DNA of 64,000 bases, from IMG/VR virus record IMGVR_UViG_3300009605_006302, one strand, 5' to 3'. Below, piece after piece: positions 1 through 11,400 of this stretch (within the stretch, counting starts at the first letter, position 1; each line of letters begins with the position of its first letter). The position numbers and the translations under genes were made by a program. The notes under the pieces are model-generated. The model was not told the DNA's origin, did no database searches, and worked only from the letters and a program-made list of their open reading frames with translations. The stretch comes from a virus.

Positions 1-609
1 TCCTGTGGAAGAAGAGGCAAATAAAACACCATATTCGCCGGCCGGCGAATTAACAAAATATCCATTAGATCCACTAGTATCAGTTAACTTGATTCTTTTA
101 GTAAAGACGGCGCCGGCTTGTTCGTATGCACTGTTTACTCCCAGTTCCAAAGAAAAAGATCCTTTCTTGATTTCATCTTTAACAAGAAGTCTTGAAAAAT
201 TAAGGAAAAAACATTCGAGTGATTTAGTTCCACCAGTTAAATTGCCATCCTTATCAAACTGTCTAATGGAACCAGTCTGATCATATCCGGCCAGCACTTG
301 AGCCATTTGATTGTAAATGTTGATCTTTTTAGTATTCTGTGAATTAGAGGATGCAGATAAAGCGGAATCAGAAGCATAGCCGGTAGTAATATCAAAAATA
401 TGATTTGCCGATGAGCTTAAATACGGATAATCATAAACCGATTCAAACATACCATGTGAATAAGTTTTAATATTTGGTTCACTACCTAATGCGCCGGCTG
501 CGCCATATGTCCCAGAAACAATTGTTCCAGTAATTGGAATAGCTTCGTTTAAAAGCGTTCTAGTTGAAGTCGTATCATTATTTGTAAGTGTTTTATATAC
601 TGTTGCCAT
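1..609 (-). CDS. Putative virion structural protein (partial; runs off the left edge; missing from the ORF track)
   Basis: ATG at 609 preceded by AAGGA. The frame reads MATVYKTLTNNDTTSTRTLLNEAIPITGTIVSGTYG... and stays open to position 1. It is S/T/G-rich like the neighbouring tail proteins. Confidence 0.75.
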   Translation of the reverse strand, partial: MATVYKTLTNNDTTSTRTLLNEAIPITGTIVSGTYGAAGALGSEPNIKTYSHGMFESVYDYPYLSSSANHIFDITTGYASDSALSASSNSQNTKKINIYNQMAQVLAGYDQTGSIRQFDKDGNLTGGTKSLECFFLNFSRLLVKDEIKKGSFSLELGVNSAYEQAGAVFTKRIKLTDTSGSNGYFVNSPAGEYGVLFASSSTG

Positions 610-624
610 GTTCTTATCCTTTTA

Positions 625-1566
625 TTATACTTGCTTCACAAACCTTAATGGAACGTCAACTCTGTATCCAGTAGTAGCACCAGTTACTCTTACAACAGAA
701 TCCAAATATCGATAAGTTCCTGCGGCTGCACTGGTGCCAGTAATAGTTAAACCACTTGCACCCAGTTTATCAAACAAATAATTATTAGTGCTTAATTCGA
801 TTGAAGCCTTAATTGTAAATCGCAATCTAGTGCCCCGGGGTCCAGCGATTACTTGTGGCAATTCTGTACCATCTTGGTTCGGCGGCGAAAGATCTCGAAT
901 AAAAGTCGGTTTATCAGTATTATAAGATAAATAATAGCTGGCTATATTATCGTCATCGATAAAAGAAACTTTTGCAGAGGTTTTACCGTTTCTGTCCCAT
1001 ATAGAACCGAACCGATTATCTATTTCAATAATATATTGAGTTTCAATTAAATCTCCATCAAGCCGTTCGTTGGCTGAAATTTCTGTTGTATTTAGTCCTT
1101 GATCAAGTCTTACCCAGTGATCGGTATCTTTTGAAACGGAAAAACCATTTATAACGCCGTCGACAACAGCTCTCGACAGTGCCTTTTCCGTATCAACATC
1201 AACCGCAACAAGAAAAGTGTTTTGGCTGGGCGCGGTTGTGTGCATTTTAGAAGAAGCTCTTAATGTATTTAATACAATTTCCGGTAGATACATGAGAGAA
1301 GTTCTCGGAATTGAAATCAGCTTCGAATTCATTAAACTAGTGTTGTTTGTAAAAGCTTCCAAAACAGGAGTTTGCAGAATGTCCAAATCGTAATATGCAG
1401 AACCGCTAGCGTGATTCTTATCATACGATCCATAATTAATTTCATCATCGCCTAAACAAAATTTAGCAATGCGAAAACTACCATCACCCCTGGCCAATCT
1501 CATTCTTCCCGTGTCTGTTAGCACTGCATCGAGAATTATATCACCAGAATTATCTAAAAAAGCCAT
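625..1566 (-). CDS. Putative tail/baseplate structural protein (tail-collar-fibre-like N-terminus)
   Basis: 313 aa with a GAGGGG SD. The N-terminal LTDTGRMRLARG..F.IAKFCLGDDEINY resembles the LT..G...LA..G....F.lGD start of tail-collar/fibre proteins. Located in the structural operon. Confidence 0.55.
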   Translation of the reverse strand: MAFLDNSGDIILDAVLTDTGRMRLARGDGSFRIAKFCLGDDEINYGSYDKNHASGSAYYDLDILQTPVLEAFTNNTSLMNSKLISIPRTSLMYLPEIVLNTLRASSKMHTTAPSQNTFLVAVDVDTEKALSRAVVDGVINGFSVSKDTDHWVRLDQGLNTTEISANERLDGDLIETQYIIEIDNRFGSIWDRNGKTSAKVSFIDDDNIASYYLSYNTDKPTFIRDLSPPNQDGTELPQVIAGPRGTRLRFTIKASIELSTNNYLFDKLGASGLTITGTSAAAGTYRYLDSVVRVTGATTGYRVDVPLRFVKQV

Positions 1567-1596
1567 GTTTACCCCTCTTCATAAAACGTATTATTG

Positions 1597-1604
1597 TAAA
1601 TAGT
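1597..1604 (-). promoter_or_regulatory. Putative late promoter motif ACTATTTA
   Basis: The + strand reads TAAATAGT in the intergenic gap about 30 nt upstream of the 1566 start. The same 8-mer sits upstream of four other genes. Confidence 0.5.
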
Positions 1605-1629
1605 GTCTTATTTCGTTTTACTTCTTGTA

Positions 1630-4293
1630 TTATTTTTCACCATATTGAGAATCGTCGACACATACTGTGCCGATGGGGCAATCATCGTCCGTTGTTTCAC
1701 TAAAATCCCCGGGGACACTCTTTTTGGATTTTTGTAGTGCAAAAGCTCCTGGATCAAAAAAAGCAGACGGCGCCGAGGTTCCAGCAATTGCGCCGGCAGC
1801 ATATTTAGTCATAAACCTATCATAATCATATGCATATTTAAACTTCACGTTCACATCAAACTTTCTTCCTGTGTTTTTAGATATAAACCTAAATTTAAAA
1901 TTTTTATCCCATACACTGCCTTCTTCAGTCAACCCTAAAACAATTTCATCTCTGCCTATTTTCGTAGCACTTTTTAAATTCCTGCCGGCATCTGTTTTAT
2001 CCATATCAATAATACGATGTGGAAAAGAAGGAATAATGTAAATGTTTTTATTTATAGTTTTTGTTGGAACTTTGTGACTCGGTTCTTTCAGTTCGGGTGT
2101 ATCCACTAATAAATAGACTGCTCCATCTTCTTCTACCATCTCCACTTCAAAAACTGGTGAAGGATAAGACAAATGACCATGTACGTCTGTCGTTCGAAAT
2201 GTATAATAATATTTTTTATTTGACTCAATGTCATCAACGTAAGATACTGCTGATAAATTAGTGCCATTAAATTCTGTAGGAATTTGTTTAATTATGTTAC
2301 CAGAAAAGTCTCTATAAGATTTGGGCATCTTTTCTAGTCGATATATTTCAAAAAGTCGCGGAGGATCATCTGAAGCATAGTTGATTGGATCGCCGCGTGA
2401 AACTTTTTGAATTTTTTCCATTTCACTTATCAGTGCCTCTTCTCCAGGTTCGATTACTTGTGGAACTAATTTATAATCACCCACATTTGCGTTTAAATTA
2501 AAAAGTATTCGATCACTCATTCCTCGATATGGAATAATATTAACATCGGGTGCCACCGGGGGCCTATCAAGAATTTTGTTGACGCCACTTTCAAAATAAG
2601 GAACTTTGACAAGTTTTAAATATGGTTCCAAAAAAACTTTGAATCGAGGTAGGTCATATATTATGGCCGGGTCGTCATACTTTCCTCTAAGAGTGTCGTC
2701 GAAAACATGTCCTGGTTCTTCTTTCTCATATCTATATTTTGTTCCAAAAACTAATCGATATGCATAAATCTTGTATCTATACTCAGTATTGTATTTAACC
2801 TGTGTGTCAATAAAATTACATATTCCCAATTCATCAGAATTTGGAATGAAAAAACTTTGAATTGGTTCTACAGATCCTCTTGTAAACTTATCTATTTGAT
2901 AAAAAACCGATTCCGAATAAGTGGTTTTGCCTTCTTCAAAAATTTCTTTGAGGTTTCTATTGTTTTGCCTTATTAACGTGCGTATTCGACCCAACAAAAC
3001 AATTTTTAACAAATTTGCTATTTGAGGCCGGCATTCATCTAAAATTTTGGTTTCATTGCACTTGTTTCTACCAAATACCACTGTATTCTTTAAACTTGAT
3101 TCCTCGGCTATCCCGCGCCACCATTCAGTTATATCCCACGTTTTATATGATTGGTTAGGGAGTATCTTTGAACCTAATAACCTTGTTCCACTTTTTCCTT
3201 TTTTTTCCGTTAAAAACTCACGTTGTTCAACAAATTTAATCTCGCCCCTTCCACTAGAAGCTTGTACGTGGTTAATAAGATTGGCACTTAGTTCCGCTTC
3301 TCTTAACATTCCAGCAGCCTGAGTGCCGGCGCCTGTAGAAAACTTTATATCCATGTGCATCGGAAATAGTTCTTTTTTAGCGCTAAACTTAGTTAAAAAA
3401 TCAACATCAACTTGAGAAAAAATAAAATTTCTGAATTTCTCATTAAGTTTTGCCATTTTTTGTGGGTCATTCTTTAGTTTGTCATAGCCACTCTGCCATG
3501 ATTTAAAATAATCGGCTATTTGAGTACTTCTTTCACCAACTTTTTCACCTTTTTCATTAAGTATATCTTTGTAAACACCAATAATATTACCCATAAGAGA
3601 TATATGCTTATTGTACCATGAATTATTTTCATCTAGATATCCACTTTCCTTTTCTGACAAAAAAGAATACAAACAGGGCAATAATTTTTCTTCCACGTTG
3701 TCTATCTTATTTTCATACCCATTGACATAAAAATTATATTCTGAATCAACATCGGCTACTAAAGTTAGAATATTACTAATTGCAAGATCTAGTGTTTCTT
3801 TGTATAAATACGGTACGCTGTATTCAAAAGGACAATCCTGCCAACTCTTCGAAGGGTTGGCAAGTTCAAGCTCATTATCAACGAACTCAAACCATTTTTC
3901 TAAATCGAACACCATGTCTGAGGTGTGCGCTTCTGCTCCTGTGTACCCAGGCGGGATACTTAATAAAAATCTGTGATTTTCTTTCGGTATTAGTTTTATA
4001 TATTGCGATATAACTGGAAACAAATCTCCCCCTTCTTCAATCGGTGGATCTCCATACTCAATTGAAAATGGTGAGTCTCCGGGAATATTATATCCAAAAA
4101 CGATATTATCATTATGAGATGTCCATAATTTTCCAGTATACCACCTTATTGGATCTATTTGATCCGGCGGGGGCCCCATGACCTCGCTGAAGCGGTGGGG
4201 GAGCATGAGTGTTGGCTCTCCACTGCTTTCGTCGAGCGTTGTGGTGGCGTGTAATCCAAAATCTACAGCTGTTCTTTTTTTCCCTATACTCAT
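1630..4293 (-). CDS. Large hypothetical protein, probably virion structural; FN3-like beta segments
   Basis: 887 aa ORF in the structural operon. Segments such as NTEYRYKIYAY and KKYYYTFRTTDVHGHLSYPSP are typical FN3-type strand ends. Confidence 0.5.
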   Translation of the reverse strand: MSIGKKRTAVDFGLHATTTLDESSGEPTLMLPHRFSEVMGPPPDQIDPIRWYTGKLWTSHNDNIVFGYNIPGDSPFSIEYGDPPIEEGGDLFPVISQYIKLIPKENHRFLLSIPPGYTGAEAHTSDMVFDLEKWFEFVDNELELANPSKSWQDCPFEYSVPYLYKETLDLAISNILTLVADVDSEYNFYVNGYENKIDNVEEKLLPCLYSFLSEKESGYLDENNSWYNKHISLMGNIIGVYKDILNEKGEKVGERSTQIADYFKSWQSGYDKLKNDPQKMAKLNEKFRNFIFSQVDVDFLTKFSAKKELFPMHMDIKFSTGAGTQAAGMLREAELSANLINHVQASSGRGEIKFVEQREFLTEKKGKSGTRLLGSKILPNQSYKTWDITEWWRGIAEESSLKNTVVFGRNKCNETKILDECRPQIANLLKIVLLGRIRTLIRQNNRNLKEIFEEGKTTYSESVFYQIDKFTRGSVEPIQSFFIPNSDELGICNFIDTQVKYNTEYRYKIYAYRLVFGTKYRYEKEEPGHVFDDTLRGKYDDPAIIYDLPRFKVFLEPYLKLVKVPYFESGVNKILDRPPVAPDVNIIPYRGMSDRILFNLNANVGDYKLVPQVIEPGEEALISEMEKIQKVSRGDPINYASDDPPRLFEIYRLEKMPKSYRDFSGNIIKQIPTEFNGTNLSAVSYVDDIESNKKYYYTFRTTDVHGHLSYPSPVFEVEMVEEDGAVYLLVDTPELKEPSHKVPTKTINKNIYIIPSFPHRIIDMDKTDAGRNLKSATKIGRDEIVLGLTEEGSVWDKNFKFRFISKNTGRKFDVNVKFKYAYDYDRFMTKYAAGAIAGTSAPSAFFDPGAFALQKSKKSVPGDFSETTDDDCPIGTVCVDDSQYGEK

Positions 4294-7200
4294 TAATATG
4301 TTCCCATTGATCCCATCGAGCCGGCTGAACCGCCACCGCCTAGGGCACCACCTGTTGTGCCACCGACACCTTCAGTTAAATCGCCAACAGATTGCGGGGC
4401 CGCGAACTCTTCAACTATTGGAAGTTCGTCAGAGCCTGGAGGTATGAGACGATCTCTTTCTCGTGTTGCTGTTCCTGCTTCTTCTAAAGCCTGAGTTTTT
4501 TGTATTATAAAATAGTTATCATACGATGGTATATCTAGACCCTCACCAGCCCTAACGCTTGGTAAGTTCTGATGTTCAAATCTCCTAAGCCTACAAAGAA
4601 TTTCTGTGTTTTTAAAATCTCTTAATTGTTGCATTGTAGCAGTTCGCCAAACTGGTCGTTTTATTAAAACCCCGTCCTCTGTAGACTTAACATATCCAGA
4701 CAAAAATTCAACCTTCTGCAACAACAAATAATTGAATATGAAAGCATTTTCAGTTGCGAGATTTGTTGATAAATTTTGAAAATTGTGATTCACTTTGTCA
4801 TTGTATCCAGCAGCGTCGGCAAGAATCGATTTAAGTTGCAGTGGCATAGCCTCAATAATCCGTTCGTTGATTGCTCTCGTGCGAGCCTTTTTCGGATCCG
4901 TCGCAACGCCGGCAAGCTCAAGAAGCTTCTCTATGGTAAACCTCTCTGCATTTCCTAGACGCTGTTGTGGATTTGGTATCGATTCACCTTGATCGCCAAT
5001 AAAAACCCGGGACATTGGTGCCGGCGGAATTGTCAACGCAAACCCGGAAACCAATTTTGCCAAAAATAAATTAGGATTTTGAGACTCGTTTGGATCCATT
5101 ATTTCTTCTTTATATGGTTTGGTTTGAACTTCTGCCGGCGCCGTCGCAGCCTTTAATACATCTCCGGTGTTTATAAACCTATCCTCTTCTTTATCTTTTT
5201 TTTCGTAAATTAATGATGGTTCAACCATGGTAAGATTAAAAGCTTCAAGAGTCTTCAATAAATTATATTTTATTTTTTGTTTGGCCGGCTTAAGTTTAGA
5301 AGTTGTTTTTGTTTCATACTTAGAATTATACAAACCTCCAGTGCTCTTATAGCTGAGAATTTTAGTGGCACACAGATCGTTAATCTCTTTATTCCATAAA
5401 TCAACTTCCTGATTATTAAAAGAATATTGTTTATTTCCCAAGACAGCAATCGACGGAGAGAGATGAATAGGCGTAGTAAGAATCATTGTGTTTAACGAGA
5501 CCACTGGTGTGTTGACGTCGCTCGTGAGAGATATGTTGTCATCAACGTTTTTATAATATTTTAACATTTCTGTATTTAATCTTTCTCTAAAAACATTGAG
5601 TCCAATGATCTCTAGTCCAGTAGCAGCAGCACGAGATGTAGCAAACTTGGAAGTGGACAGATAATCAAACCCTACGTTTTTTGGTGTATCACTGTCAAAT
5701 AATTCAGCAAAATATTTCTCTACTTTGAATGTTTTCATTGGTTTTGAGCCAACGTTGCTAGCTGTAGAGCTTCGATCTGAAGAACTGCTTACCATTCTAT
5801 TACTGGAGATGTTAATCAAGCTCTCTAGTTCTTGCAAAACGTTATTTACAAGCTTTGAGAATAACAACACTCCTCTAGGATCTTTTGCACTGGGATGAGT
5901 AACCCTCTTTACAAGACTTCTAGCCCCTCGAAATTGAGATATCAAATGCTTATTGCCTCTAACAAACAAGTCATCTACTATTTCAAAATATACTTGAATC
6001 GCCGGCACAACTTTGTCTTCCCATTCTTTTTCAAGATCCAGATTTGGTAAATTATAAACATTGGGTATGTTTAATATATTAATATATTCATCTAATCCGC
6101 CAGTCGAGAGAACTGGACTTCCAGATTTCTCTCTCAGCAATCTATTATAACGATTAACTAACAAATCGATTGATCGATCTTCAATTTCTAATTCAATTCC
6201 ATATTGAAAATGCCCATATGTCTGTTTTGAAACATCAAAATCAACACCAGTGAAGTGTCTGATGTGTTTATAGGCCCGGGGCTCGCGATTAACTACTTTC
6301 GTTTCTCTTATCGTTCCTAAATCAGTGCTAATAGTAGAAGGAAATACCGCAATTGTTTCTTCTGTTGTGTTTTTATCAAATATTTTTTCGCTAATAGAGG
6401 TCCCGCCGAGCTTATTTGTCCCGGGTAATGGAACAACTCTTCTTCTTTTTACCTTCAAAGACCTTATTATTGTATTGTTTACAATGTTGTTGAACATGCG
6501 TTCTGAAACGTTTGAGAAGTATTTTCCAAAAACCGTATTCTCCAATATCAATTTTCGAAAATCTAAACTAAAGAAAAATCTGGCGTTGCCAATGTTATCT
6601 CTCGTAACAAAGAAATCAGAAAAATAGGCAGAATTTCTCACAATATCCATATTGTCATTAGTTAATATATTTATTCGATGTGTGCGTGATAAAAACTTGT
6701 TTTCTGACAAATCTGGCAAAAGTTGTAAACCTTCAAGACGTTTGACTCTCCTAAAATCTTGTATAACAGTATCACCGCCACTGCCGGCTATTCCATGAAT
6801 TTCAAAATTATCAACAACTTTTCGATATTCAACACGACCAGACACTTTCCTAAGACTATCTGGCAAATCAATTCCAAAATCCGCATCAGTAAAATCATAA
6901 TAAGAAAAGATAAAGTATGTTAAATGCTCATGATTAGACGTATCATCTATATTAAATTGAAATTTAAAAGGTATATTCCAGGCTGTGTTTCCATCGGAAT
7001 CTATTGTCCTAAACTGAGTGCCTTCTCTTTCTTTTAAAATGTCAGTAATCGAAATTTCTTTAGTAGAAAAAAATCTTTGTTTTAGATTTAGAGTGCTCAA
7101 TTTTACATCAATTGGATTTGATGGTTTGTTTGAAACATTTGGCCGATAACCGGTCCTGCGTCCTATAGGTGCCTCTGCCATTGACAAGGCCGTCATAACA

Positions 7201-7562
7201 GGGGTATTGGGTTCATCTAGCCAATTTATTATTGCTTCGGTTGTGCCTGACTTAGTACTTTGTATAATCTTTACTTTCAAATACTTACCAAGAAGTTCAT
7301 CGTTAAGCCAACCAGTTAATAAACCACCAGAATCTATTTCTCGAATAGCGGCGTCTACTGTAACAACGAGACCTGGTTCAATCTGTCTATAAGAATCGAT
7401 TGCTGCAAATAACTGAACTTGTGGCGGTGTTCTTGTTGTAGTGATGTTGCTCTTTAACGCTGAACGTTTAGAAATGGATCCAGCAGAACTACCTTCTTCT
7501 AATGTTATCTTAGAGAAAGAAACAGTAGGACAAAAACTTTCCTCTTGTATGCACTCGGGCAT
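4293..7562 (-). CDS. Large hypothetical protein, probably virion structural
   Basis: 1089 aa ORF coupled to the next gene by a 1-nt overlap. Gly/Ser-rich C-terminal tail (GGTTGGALGGGGSAGSMGSMGTY). No family recognised. Confidence 0.5.
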   Translation of the reverse strand: MPECIQEESFCPTVSFSKITLEEGSSAGSISKRSALKSNITTTRTPPQVQLFAAIDSYRQIEPGLVVTVDAAIREIDSGGLLTGWLNDELLGKYLKVKIIQSTKSGTTEAIINWLDEPNTPVMTALSMAEAPIGRRTGYRPNVSNKPSNPIDVKLSTLNLKQRFFSTKEISITDILKEREGTQFRTIDSDGNTAWNIPFKFQFNIDDTSNHEHLTYFIFSYYDFTDADFGIDLPDSLRKVSGRVEYRKVVDNFEIHGIAGSGGDTVIQDFRRVKRLEGLQLLPDLSENKFLSRTHRINILTNDNMDIVRNSAYFSDFFVTRDNIGNARFFFSLDFRKLILENTVFGKYFSNVSERMFNNIVNNTIIRSLKVKRRRVVPLPGTNKLGGTSISEKIFDKNTTEETIAVFPSTISTDLGTIRETKVVNREPRAYKHIRHFTGVDFDVSKQTYGHFQYGIELEIEDRSIDLLVNRYNRLLREKSGSPVLSTGGLDEYINILNIPNVYNLPNLDLEKEWEDKVVPAIQVYFEIVDDLFVRGNKHLISQFRGARSLVKRVTHPSAKDPRGVLLFSKLVNNVLQELESLINISSNRMVSSSSDRSSTASNVGSKPMKTFKVEKYFAELFDSDTPKNVGFDYLSTSKFATSRAAATGLEIIGLNVFRERLNTEMLKYYKNVDDNISLTSDVNTPVVSLNTMILTTPIHLSPSIAVLGNKQYSFNNQEVDLWNKEINDLCATKILSYKSTGGLYNSKYETKTTSKLKPAKQKIKYNLLKTLEAFNLTMVEPSLIYEKKDKEEDRFINTGDVLKAATAPAEVQTKPYKEEIMDPNESQNPNLFLAKLVSGFALTIPPAPMSRVFIGDQGESIPNPQQRLGNAERFTIEKLLELAGVATDPKKARTRAINERIIEAMPLQLKSILADAAGYNDKVNHNFQNLSTNLATENAFIFNYLLLQKVEFLSGYVKSTEDGVLIKRPVWRTATMQQLRDFKNTEILCRLRRFEHQNLPSVRAGEGLDIPSYDNYFIIQKTQALEEAGTATRERDRLIPPGSDELPIVEEFAAPQSVGDLTEGVGGTTGGALGGGGSAGSMGSMGTY

Positions 7563-7570
7563 ATTACAAT

Positions 7571-8434
7571 TTACTCCTCTCTATCCAACAGACTTACCAT
7601 ATTAGAAGAAATATCACCATCAGCCCATAAATCAAAAAAATATTCCACTTGATCGGTATCTATGGGAGGTGACGAGCTTAAATCCGGAGGATCTAAAAGA
7701 ATCCCATTTTTAACTACTGGTTTTTCTTCTGAAAAATACAAAGGAAAATCAATGTTTCCATTCTGATCGGTAACATAAACTTCAATGTCGAAATTATCCT
7801 TAGTTAGAGGCACGTTTTCTTCTTTTATCGTTAACAACAAATAATCTTCTTTCACATCTAAATATGTTCCATCTTCAAAATCGTTTGATCCTTCTTCATC
7901 GGGGATTATATTTTCGTCCGAACTCTTTGCGGAAATATAAAAAGTAACGTCTTTTAAATTAATTTGTGGAATTTTTTGTGTAGAATAAATCTGATCGCCG
8001 GCACCACTTATCGTTGTCGTTGAACCCGAAATTGATCCCGCAGCAAATCTTATATTAAATGCAGGTGCCTTATCTCCTATCAAATATGAATTTCCCAGCG
8101 GTGCAGCAGTAGTATAGTGCTTCTCTGGCGTTTGTTGTATCTTTTCTTTATATTCAGTAAAATTTGTTCGCTGCAGCACATTTAACTCTTCAAGTTGATC
8201 AACACTGTGAAAGAGATATTGTGTTTTGCTGCGAGGAGTTTCATCAAAAATTCTATCTTCAATATTGTTTTGTGTTTCAAGTACACTTCCTGAAGCATAT
8301 CTCTGATCATATATTATATCATCATCATAAAAAGCATAATAAACTGGTTTAAACTTGCCTTGCGAAATCAAATATTTACCATATTGCGTTAATTGAAGAT
8401 CAATAACATCTTCTTTTTCATTGAAAAAAATCAT
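7571..8434 (-). CDS. Putative structural protein sharing an N-terminal motif with 625..1566
   Basis: 287 aa. DLQLTQYGKYLISQGKFKPVYYAFYDDDIIY aligns by eye with DAVLTDTGRMRLARGDGSFRIAKFCLGDDEINY. Confidence 0.55.
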   Translation of the reverse strand: MIFFNEKEDVIDLQLTQYGKYLISQGKFKPVYYAFYDDDIIYDQRYASGSVLETQNNIEDRIFDETPRSKTQYLFHSVDQLEELNVLQRTNFTEYKEKIQQTPEKHYTTAAPLGNSYLIGDKAPAFNIRFAAGSISGSTTTISGAGDQIYSTQKIPQINLKDVTFYISAKSSDENIIPDEEGSNDFEDGTYLDVKEDYLLLTIKEENVPLTKDNFDIEVYVTDQNGNIDFPLYFSEEKPVVKNGILLDPPDLSSSPPIDTDQVEYFFDLWADGDISSNMVSLLDREE

Positions 8435-11400
8435 TTAGAATACCCTCGACTAAAAGTATCAATAGCTCTGATTATGGCTTTTTTACCACCGGATTGAGCA
8501 AATTTTTCAGATGACAGTGTAACAGAAGTTGTCGTCCCTGGCCGGGCCAATATTACTTCTGTTGTCTGTGGTTGTAGCGGTGAAATCTGCAATGGAGTAG
8601 CACTTCCGATTGATACATCTGTTTCCATCTTAACCAATTCAACCAATGAAAAGAAATCATATGGCCAATTATAACTATAAATAGAATCATGATCTCTCGA
8701 TCCTTCAGTGTTACCATATCTAGAAAACGATTGACGTTTTTCGTGCCAAACAGATTTTCTAATTTTGTTAAAATAATTCTTTTCCGCTCTTTGTTTCACT
8801 TTAAATACCTTCCAACGAAGTTCATCAGGAACTTCATCTTCAAATTTAAAAAATTCTTTTTCTAACATTTGATGTTGAATCGAAACGGTGTTCGCCTTAA
8901 AAGATGTGCCAATGTCTGGTGGTAGATTCTGCCACATATCAGTTAAATCTTTTCTCGTTAGCTTGTGTTCAAATTCAAAAATATACATAACGAAAGGATC
9001 AATTCCTGATTTTCCACCATATCTTGCTTCTCCCGATCGCGAAGTTGTGTCAAAAGTTAAAAAGTCCATCTCCGGAGGAAATATATATTTTGTCATAGCA
9101 TCGACCATGTTTACAATTGTATCTCCAACTTCTATATCCGATTCATAATCCACAGACATCTTTAATTTCAGTTTAGCGGCTGCAAATTGTTCTTTTGAAA
9201 TTTTAAAAAACTTACGTTCTCCATTCTTTTCAATATACGGCACCGCCACTACCGCCTCTCGAACTGTAAAAGATTCGCCGGCGGTGCCAAGTCGAATTGG
9301 GGTTTTCGCAAATCCAACCAAATCTGCCAAAGATCCAGTCAGTGTTACATTAGTTAATTCATTCTTGTCGAGATCCTGCACTTCTAAATATATTCCTTGT
9401 TGAGCCGTTGGTTCGGAGCCATATTGATGCCACATTCCCCGAGATACAGAGCCAGAACCAGATGCCGGCAAAGTAACACTAACATTTGAAAAATCCAATA
9501 TCGGTGTTTCCCACTTAGGCTGGATTGACCAAATGTTTGGTGTATTTTCATCTTGCAGAACCTCTTTTGGCCTTCCCGTCAGTGCATCAAAAACTGTACT
9601 ATCAAGCTGTGTCACTACATCAAAATTAATTGACGCGGATATGTGCATTCTTGATCCACTAGCAGGAGATGGAGAGGTAACAAACTGTGTTCCAATTCTA
9701 TAATAGGAAGCAGATAATTGAGAAACGATCTCATTTAAATAATAGCGCCTGGTATCAGTTGGCTTAAAAGTTAACTCAACTTCTGAATATCCATCATAAT
9801 AAGGTGGAGTAAATGGTTCGTAGCTTTCTTGACGATGTATACCGTATGCATGTGTTGGTGGACCAAAAGCAGACGGTCTGTCATACATAGTCATAGTCGG
9901 GTTTGTCAGTTGAGAACCAGAAGACCAATCAAAAAATACAGCCGGAAGAGAATCCAAAATTTGTTTCTTTCGCGATAACTTACCAGAACGAAGAACAACC
10001 CTCATTTTATATATTTTTGACGCGTCGGCATTAAAATGTTTTGGATCATTATCCGGATATGATACTAATGTAGTCACGTTGTTGTTATTCAGGTATAAAT
10101 TAATACTTTCTGCCAAGAAATTATTCATTGCCAAACGGTATAGCGAATCTCCGTTTCCATTCCATTTTGCGATTGAGTCCAGTGAAGCAGACCGATGTGG
10201 TTCCATATCTTGTAATGGAACAGTTAAATAATTCTCAGGTTCTATTAGTGCCTCAAACGGTATTCTGACGTCAAAACTTGAACTAATTCTAGCACTACTT
10301 GTAAGAGATCGCAAGTCTAAATCAGGTTTTAAAGAAGCAGCCGGTTGTGGAAAAAACGGCTTAGTTGAATCACAACTACCCAAACCTCCAGTTATATTAA
10401 ATGAACTGGTCATTTGAGGCCAATCGACTGCGATTCCAGATTTAATTGAATTATAGAGAACACCAGGCCCAAATAATGGCGCAATGAAAGTACGCCACGA
10501 AGGCTGTGTTCCAAAAGTATAAGGTATTGTACCACCAAACTCGTTCACATTATCAGCATAAGACTGCGAAAACATCGTTGCCAGCTGTAATGTTCTGTCG
10601 GCCGGATAAAAGCCGTCATACGGCAAAAACTTCATCAAAGCTTTACAACGAAGAGTTAGTGTCTTATCTTTCTCAAAAGGTTTGTGATCTTCTTCTATTA
10701 CATCAAAATACTTCAAGAAATCGGAATGACTATATGTTACACAAAAATCATCATTTGCACTTGACGTTATAGATGCTCCCTCTAAAGTCAAAAACCCCGA
10801 ATTGGCAGCCAAAAAGTTTTCACTCTTTTCGTTCACATAATAGTTCATGTGTTCACTTATACGAAATTCCGGAACAATCGAGTAATCCTTTCCAATTCCT
10901 CGCATATTTTCTTGATAATGGCCATATGAATCATAAAACGGTGATTTTCCAGACTGAGTGCCGGCTTCCCATAAAGTATCGCCGGCAAAATAACCAAGTT
11001 CTTGACCAGTTACAGAATTATATTCAGGCGTTCTTCTAGCATAAATGGGGCCGGCTGGGCAGGAAAGAAACCTCTTCATACAATTTGTGTTTGGTGTGTC
11101 ATTTGTGTCTAACAAAGTTTGATATCGAGCAAGAGGAGTTGAAAGGAGAGAACTGCTACCATACAAGTATCCCAAAGGATATCCTCTTCCTACGTTAGTA
11201 TAGGGTACTTCATTTATCCAAAGAACGCCGGAGCCGCGAGGGTTATTACGTGCTACTTCATTAATACAATAACCATTGGAACCAGCAATGATATCCACTT
11301 GATTGAATCTAAACCATGCATCCAAACCTTCAGGGCCGTGATGAAAAACCCCGCCCGAACCAGTGACAGATTCTAGAAAACTTGCTGTAGCATGATAATA

